Of a stretch of 64,000 nt of DNA, positions 61,101 to 64,000 are shown piece by piece (position 1 is the stretch's first letter; every line of letters starts with the position of its first letter). The translations under genes and the position numbers were made by a program. The stretch is from Iphione sp. A-MEVVRFRX5 (Eukaryota): assembly GCA_976226885.1 (NCBI GenBank), contig OZ320313.1, positions 121,024,001 to 121,088,000 of the forward strand, given 5' to 3'. The notes beneath the pieces are model-generated. The model worked only from the letters and a program-made list of their open reading frames with translations. It was not told where the DNA came from and did no database searches.

Positions 61101-64000
61101 TCACGTTCAAGATATATGTATGTATCCAAATGTAGCGTATTCAACTGCAGCGGTATTATATATGCAGTTTTAAGACTAAGGCTCATCACCCATACCTCTG
61201 TATTTTAGTGCACTTGTGTGTTATGTAGCGTGAATTATGCATAAACCAATAATAAACCTTGTTCATTCCTGCTACTACGGACTGACTATATTTATGCAGT
61301 TGTACAGAAATAATGAGTTAGGGAGAGTGAGCCTTAAATCTGTAAAGCTATACCGATGCCTGTCTTTAGGGCATTGGCAATGAATCACAGACCTTTCTAA
61401 CTTTTTTCTCAGTTAAAAAAAAATTACTGCACATGGCAATCAATAGGGTTACCTGCGAACATACAGTAGTATGCTAGGACCTTAGTAGTAAGGCTCTATG
61501 ACGCCGTTCGCTCTTTGATCCCAGTTGCCATGTTGTTGCCGTACTTAACATTGGTGTGGGTATGGTGTCGATGCTTGCAGTGTGAGGACGCCACTATGTA
61601 CTCGCTGGTCGAGGTGTCTCTCGATAAAGGCGTTGTTGAGCGTGAGATGAAGCATGACGAGAGACCCTGGGAAGTGGTCGAGCAAAGTAGGAGGGTGCGT
61701 AGATATCTGTACTCATATACTCTGATTACTCGATACTGATAACCATTGTATGTACATGTCTAGTAGACCCTCGTGACTGGGGACACTCTCTCCGGGTAAA
61801 TTGTGACTGGAACAGCCACATGATTTTGCTGTGCCCATGGTATCATCCAGTACTGCAGACACTCCCTTATACAGAGATACTCGCATAAGGATCCAAAGAT
61901 TTCGTCAGTCGCGATGTTCTACTGTATTATCAAGTTGATTTTAGTGACAGTTCGCTCTGGAATAGATCTTTACTTTTAGAAACAGAGTTCGGGTGAAGAT
62001 TGTTGTCATGGTGTGGCTATGTCACTGACATGGTCCCTGCGTGTTTGTCTGACAGGATTCTTTGCGGCAACTACGAATGACGCGGTTCTACATCAAACAG
62101 AAGGAGGACCCGCACGGGCCGCACGTTGCCATGTACGTAGGCAATCTGCCCACTGGTCTCTCTCAGCGCCAGTACGAGAAGATCCTACTGGATATCATAG
62201 GCAAAGGTAAGGCAGAGAACCCACCTAGGAAGACAGGTGGGTGGGAGGGGCAACCGCCGAAAGCTGCATGGGCGAGTCTTACTGTTTTGGATTAAAAATT
62301 GTGGTTTAGCCCCGTTTTCCACACCCTTGCGTTTCTCTTTGTTATAGCCTAGCTGGTGTCATTCTGCAATACCGAATAACAGAATGACATTCTTTTTAGA
62401 ACATTTTATGTTTTCTATGCAAACGCAGCAGAATACATCTGTACGGAAAGCAGGACAAAATCATTACTGTTAATACTTTGGTCTTCTAGTATTTCTAGAG
62501 ATACATTCGGAGGTTCAGTGTACTGTAACAGGGATAAACCCACTTTGTTTAATACATGTACTCATACTCATGACAGACCAGCCACATCGTAATGTCCGCG
62601 TGAGCCCAAATCTCTGCCATGAAGATGATAAAAAAACCCTTCTTATATGGACAAGTGGCGTTTTTGAACGTTAAGATGGTGGTTTACATCTTATTTGTCA
62701 TTCCAGAAAATAAATGGACAAAGTTTGATGTGATCTACTACGAGTACGGAGCCTTAGTGCTACTCTTCAATAATGTACAAGCGGCTACTAATGCCTTTAA
62801 CGTTTTGGGGGAAGGAATGTTTGATGAAAAGACTTTACTGGTCCTTCTATTACCCAATATACAAGTAAGTAAATTTACATGTATATGTCAGAACTGTATG
62901 TGTCATACTAATAAGCTATAGCATCTGTCTGTTTTTATTGAGCAGAGCAACACATAAACATAGACTTAATTCTTAAGTGACATTGGCCTTGCTTACAAGA
63001 TGCATTGCATATGTGTGCCGCCTTAGACTTCAACAGAATACACACATATTATATATGTGAGTGCCTCTTTGTTGCAGCCTTACATGATTCCGGACTGTGT
63101 CACTCCACTGCTAGTGATGGTAAATGTCAAGAGCGGTGGGCAGCAAGGCATGGAGCTCATACGCGCCTTCCGAAAGCTTCTCAACCCCCATCAGGTGTTC
63201 GACCTCATGAATGGTGGACCCCTTCCTGGGTATGCAACTGTACATTACGCCCATAGGCTGTGCTACTTACAGTAATAAAGTCTCCAAGGTGGCATTGTAT
63301 GTAGTGATTGTATTTCTGACTGCCACAGACCATGCAGCTGCAGATGTAAGTCTCAATAGGTGGTACTACTGGTAATACATGTATTTGTTACACTCAGAAC
63401 TCTCACCTCAACATGCTACTCCGGTAGTAAAAGTTTCAGTGAGTGTATATAGTATCCTTCTTTAAGTTCCACAGTTAGCAGTGGAATAGCAGGACTGGCC
63501 TTGAAGGCCAGGAGATCGCCTTGTTAACTATGTCCAGTAGGAGTAGAGCAAAACAAGTAAATAAAACGACGTAGGGTCTATCGTCTCCGTCTCCTATGCA
63601 CACTAAAGAGCATACGCTGAGAGGCAGTGACACTCATGGTGCAAATATGGAAGTTTGACAATTTTCAAGCTGGCCTCACTTCTTGGTTTGGCTTCCTGCT
63701 CCAAAATGGTAGCTGCAGAACCAGTAAAGAGAACATCCCTAGACTGTTTGCCAATGTATGCACAGAGGTGTGTGTGCATGTTTGTATGTGTATATGTGTG
63801 TTAAATCGACAATTTGTACGATGGATGGTGGAGGAGTGGGTGTCATTCATGGGGTGTTTGTTGTGATCGATGTTGCAGGTTGTACGTGTTCCGGAATATC
63901 CCCTACTTCAAGATCATGGTGTGTGGCGGTGACGGCACGGTCGGCTGGGCCTTGTCCTGTCTGGATAACGTCGGGCAGGACGCCCAGTGCCAGTCGCCTC
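25113..64000 (+). CDS. DGKQ: Diacylglycerol kinase theta, multi-exon, partial (5' exon not seen; runs off the 3' end)
   Basis: Seventeen AG/GT-bounded exons join in phase to give three C1 domains, RA-like segments, RRM-like MYVGNLP, and catalytic [11 protein letters not shown]...[11 protein letters not shown]. Confidence 0.96.
28500..29790 (+). pseudogene. Decayed DIRS-type tyrosine-recombinase retrotransposon (RNase H, methyltransferase-like, YR fragments)
   Basis: [13 protein letters not shown] (28942-28980), YAYPPF (29088-29105), [16 protein letters not shown]...TWDV and [14 protein letters not shown], in DIRS order, with many stops and frameshifts. The left boundary is approximate. Confidence 0.75.
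31811..31957. other. Assembly gap (N run)
   Basis: N characters. Confidence 0.99.
32013..32208. other. Assembly gap (N run)
   Basis: N characters. Confidence 0.99.
32270..33020. repeat. GC-rich triplet island (GCT/GCC/GGT/CCA runs)
   Basis: Ala/Gly/Pro-like triplet runs that switch frame; no intact long ORF. Confidence 0.7.
34391..35932 (+). mobile_element. Internally deleted DIRS element (1.5 kb) with inverted terminal repeats and ICR
   Basis: 34419-34470 is inverted relative to 35809-35857. The ICR at 35552-35643 is the reverse complement of the left terminus (34391-34440) joined to the right terminus (35884-35932). A YR C-terminal fragment lies upstream of the ICR. Confidence 0.82.
35220..35477 (+). 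pseudogene. DIRS tyrosine recombinase C-terminal fragment
   Basis: [38 protein letters not shown]...ILKRVMW...FCHFYLK fits the DIRS YR pattern (WIK..L..aGID..F.aHStRaAS...W....F..FY); the catalytic Arg of HStR reads Trp. Confidence 0.8.
36100..36309. mobile_element. Possible Kolobok-like MITE
   Basis: TTAA then AGCGGACCCTGAAATC, versus GATTTCAGGTCCTGCT at 36294-36309. The right TSD is degenerate. Confidence 0.4.
38140..38550. repeat. Highly degenerate ~40-bp minisatellite
   Basis: Recurring TAGGG..GATAAA..TGTGCCAT..AAAG motifs. Confidence 0.4.
39012..39218. other. Assembly gap (N run)
   Basis: N characters. Confidence 0.99.
40132..40167. repeat. (TA)n microsatellite
   Basis: Direct inspection. 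Confidence 0.95.
40540..40843 (-). pseudogene. Possible decayed YWTD-repeat/EGF-like exon fragment (LDL-receptor-family-like)
   Basis: Acceptor TTTACAG then [21 protein letters not shown]. The same frame continues past one TGA into GGQISLLCL...GCEQC. Confidence 0.3.
42000..42260 (-). pseudogene. Possible decayed RTE-like LINE C-terminal fragment
   Basis: [26 protein letters not shown] resembles CLR.ILGI.W.D...N..V..RA; a weak, single-motif match. Confidence 0.25.
43201..44455 (-). pseudogene. Four-exon antisense pseudogene of unknown (possibly transposon-encoded) protein
   Basis: Exons 44455-44167, 43958-43861, 43657-43568 and 43427-~43201 have canonical AG/GT ends and matching phases (2/2, 1/1, 1/1). 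Premature stops occur in exons 2 and 4. Confidence 0.65.
45031..45135. repeat. 47-bp tandem repeat (about 2.3 copies)
   Basis: CCTTA[G/A]G starts at 45031, 45078 and 45125, with CCTGCTATACATGGACATA repeated. Confidence 0.85.
45457..45709 (+). mobile_element. HINE/Helentron-type element, copy 2 (internally deleted)
   Basis: Shares CTTAGGAATGCTG, CTGTCACACTC..GTGGGTCTTATAAC and the 3' GGTTGTTGATGGTGGGGGACAA-hairpin-CTTGTT end with copies 1 and 3. Confidence 0.7.
45781..45925. repeat. Long imperfect palindrome (foldback)
   Basis: AAACAACCAGTGCAAG/CTTGCACTGGTTGTTT, GGCGCTT/AAGCGCC and TGACATCA/TGATGTCA are nested symmetrically. Confidence 0.75.
52278..52773 (+). mobile_element. HINE/Helentron-type element, copy 3
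   Basis: Alignable along its length with 11801-12576; 3' GAACAATAGAC..GGTCCACACTCTTGTT end. Confidence 0.75.
53300..53402 (+). CDS. DGKQ: DGK-theta exon, C1B first half ([34 protein letters not shown])
   Basis: TTTGTAG/GTAAGT, phase 0 to 1; not in the ORF track. Confidence 0.93.
55568..55656 (+). CDS. DGKQ: DGK-theta exon, C1B second half ([29 protein letters not shown])
   Basis: TTGCAG/GTAGGT, phase 1 to 0. Confidence 0.93.
56518..56649 (+). CDS. DGKQ: DGK-theta exon, C1C (HHWREGNLP...CEWCGVT)
   Basis: ACTACAG/GTAAGA, phase 0 to 0. Confidence 0.95.
57384..57525 (+). CDS. DGKQ: DGK-theta exon, end of C1C ([16 protein letters not shown]...FPLKQ)
   Basis: CCACAG/GTAAGT, phase 0 to 1. Confidence 0.93.
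57966..57974 (+). CDS. DGKQ: Candidate 9-nt DGK-theta microexon (CGGGTCCTG)
   Basis: Long polypyrimidine tract with TGC motifs, TACAG acceptor and GTGAGT donor; frame-preserving phase 1 to 1. Confidence 0.6.
58532..58651 (+). CDS. DGKQ: DGK-theta exon, charged linker ([14 protein letters not shown]...DEGQ)
   Basis: TTGCAG/GTAGGT, phase 1 to 1; open and codon-like. Confidence 0.8.
59167..59261 (+). CDS. DGKQ: DGK-theta exon, RA-like start ([19 protein letters not shown]...)
   Basis: TTTCAG/GTAAGT, phase 1 to 0. Confidence 0.9.
59448..59520 (+). CDS. DGKQ: DGK-theta exon ([24 protein letters not shown])
   Basis: TTTACAG/GTATGT, phase 0 to 1. Confidence 0.9.
59875..59916 (+). CDS. DGKQ: DGK-theta small exon ([14 protein letters not shown]), possibly alternative
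   Basis: Strong pyrimidine tract, CACAG acceptor and GTAAAT donor; 42 nt, phase 1 to 1. Confidence 0.6.
60331..60475 (+). CDS. DGKQ: DGK-theta exon (APDRELD...[11 protein letters not shown]...IRVYPGNQ)
   Basis: TTGCAG/GTGAGA, phase 1 to 2; an in-frame alternative acceptor exists at 60229. Confidence 0.85.
60780..60882 (+). CDS. DGKQ: DGK-theta exon, RA domain ([34 protein letters not shown])
   Basis: TTTTTCAG/GTAAGT, phase 2 to 0. Confidence 0.92.
61581..61694 (+). CDS. DGKQ: DGK-theta exon, RA domain ([21 protein letters not shown]...ERPW)
   Basis: TTGCAG/GTGCGT, phase 0 to 0. Confidence 0.9.
62056..62206 (+). CDS. DGKQ: DGK-theta exon, RA end and RRM-like start (MTRFYIKQK...MYVGNLP)
   Basis: GACAG/GTAAGG, phase 0 to 1. 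Confidence 0.93.
62707..62864 (+). CDS. DGKQ: DGK-theta exon, RRM-like end (YYEYGALVL...[10 protein letters not shown])
   Basis: TTCCAG/GTAAGT, phase 1 to 0. Confidence 0.93.
63078..63229 (+). CDS. DGKQ: DGK-theta exon, catalytic domain start ([15 protein letters not shown]...GGPLP)
   Basis: TTGCAG/GTATGC, phase 0 to 2. Confidence 0.95.
63879..64000 (+). CDS. DGKQ: DGK-theta exon, ATP-binding GGDGT motif (runs off the window)
   Basis: TTGCAG acceptor; [34 protein letters not shown]. Confidence 0.96.

Overview
Animal (invertebrate, protostome-like) genomic DNA with four N gaps; all calls are by eye, without database searches. The host gene is a diacylglycerol kinase theta (DGKQ-like) on the + strand: 17 phase-consistent exons from 25113 to the window end encode C1-C1-C1, RA-like, RRM-like and the start of the GGDGT catalytic domain, with a 28.1 kb intron after the first visible exon. 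The first half of C1A was not found and probably lies upstream. The most interesting object is a 6.3 kb minus-strand non-LTR retrotransposon (109-6432) of the CR1/L2-like group. It is inserted inside a Tc1/mariner-type MITE whose two halves fix both of its ends. Besides an intact 925-aa APE-endonuclease/RT ORF, it carries a stand-alone SGNH-esterase-like ORF with a degenerate catalytic triad and a NADAR (YbiA-like N-glycosidase/ADP-ribosylhydrolase family) ORF. It also has a dimeric 5' tandem array, splice-acceptor-like signals in front of the SGNH and RT ORFs, and a possible small spliced ORF. The rest of the window is a transposon graveyard: a Harbinger MITE, three Helentron-type HINE copies, a tRNA-derived SINE, a decayed RNase-H LINE, a decayed DIRS, a 1.5 kb mini-DIRS with intact ITR/ICR geometry, a four-exon antisense pseudogene, a YWTD/EGF-like fragment, GC-rich triplet islands and microsatellites. 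DGKQ shows candidate microexons.
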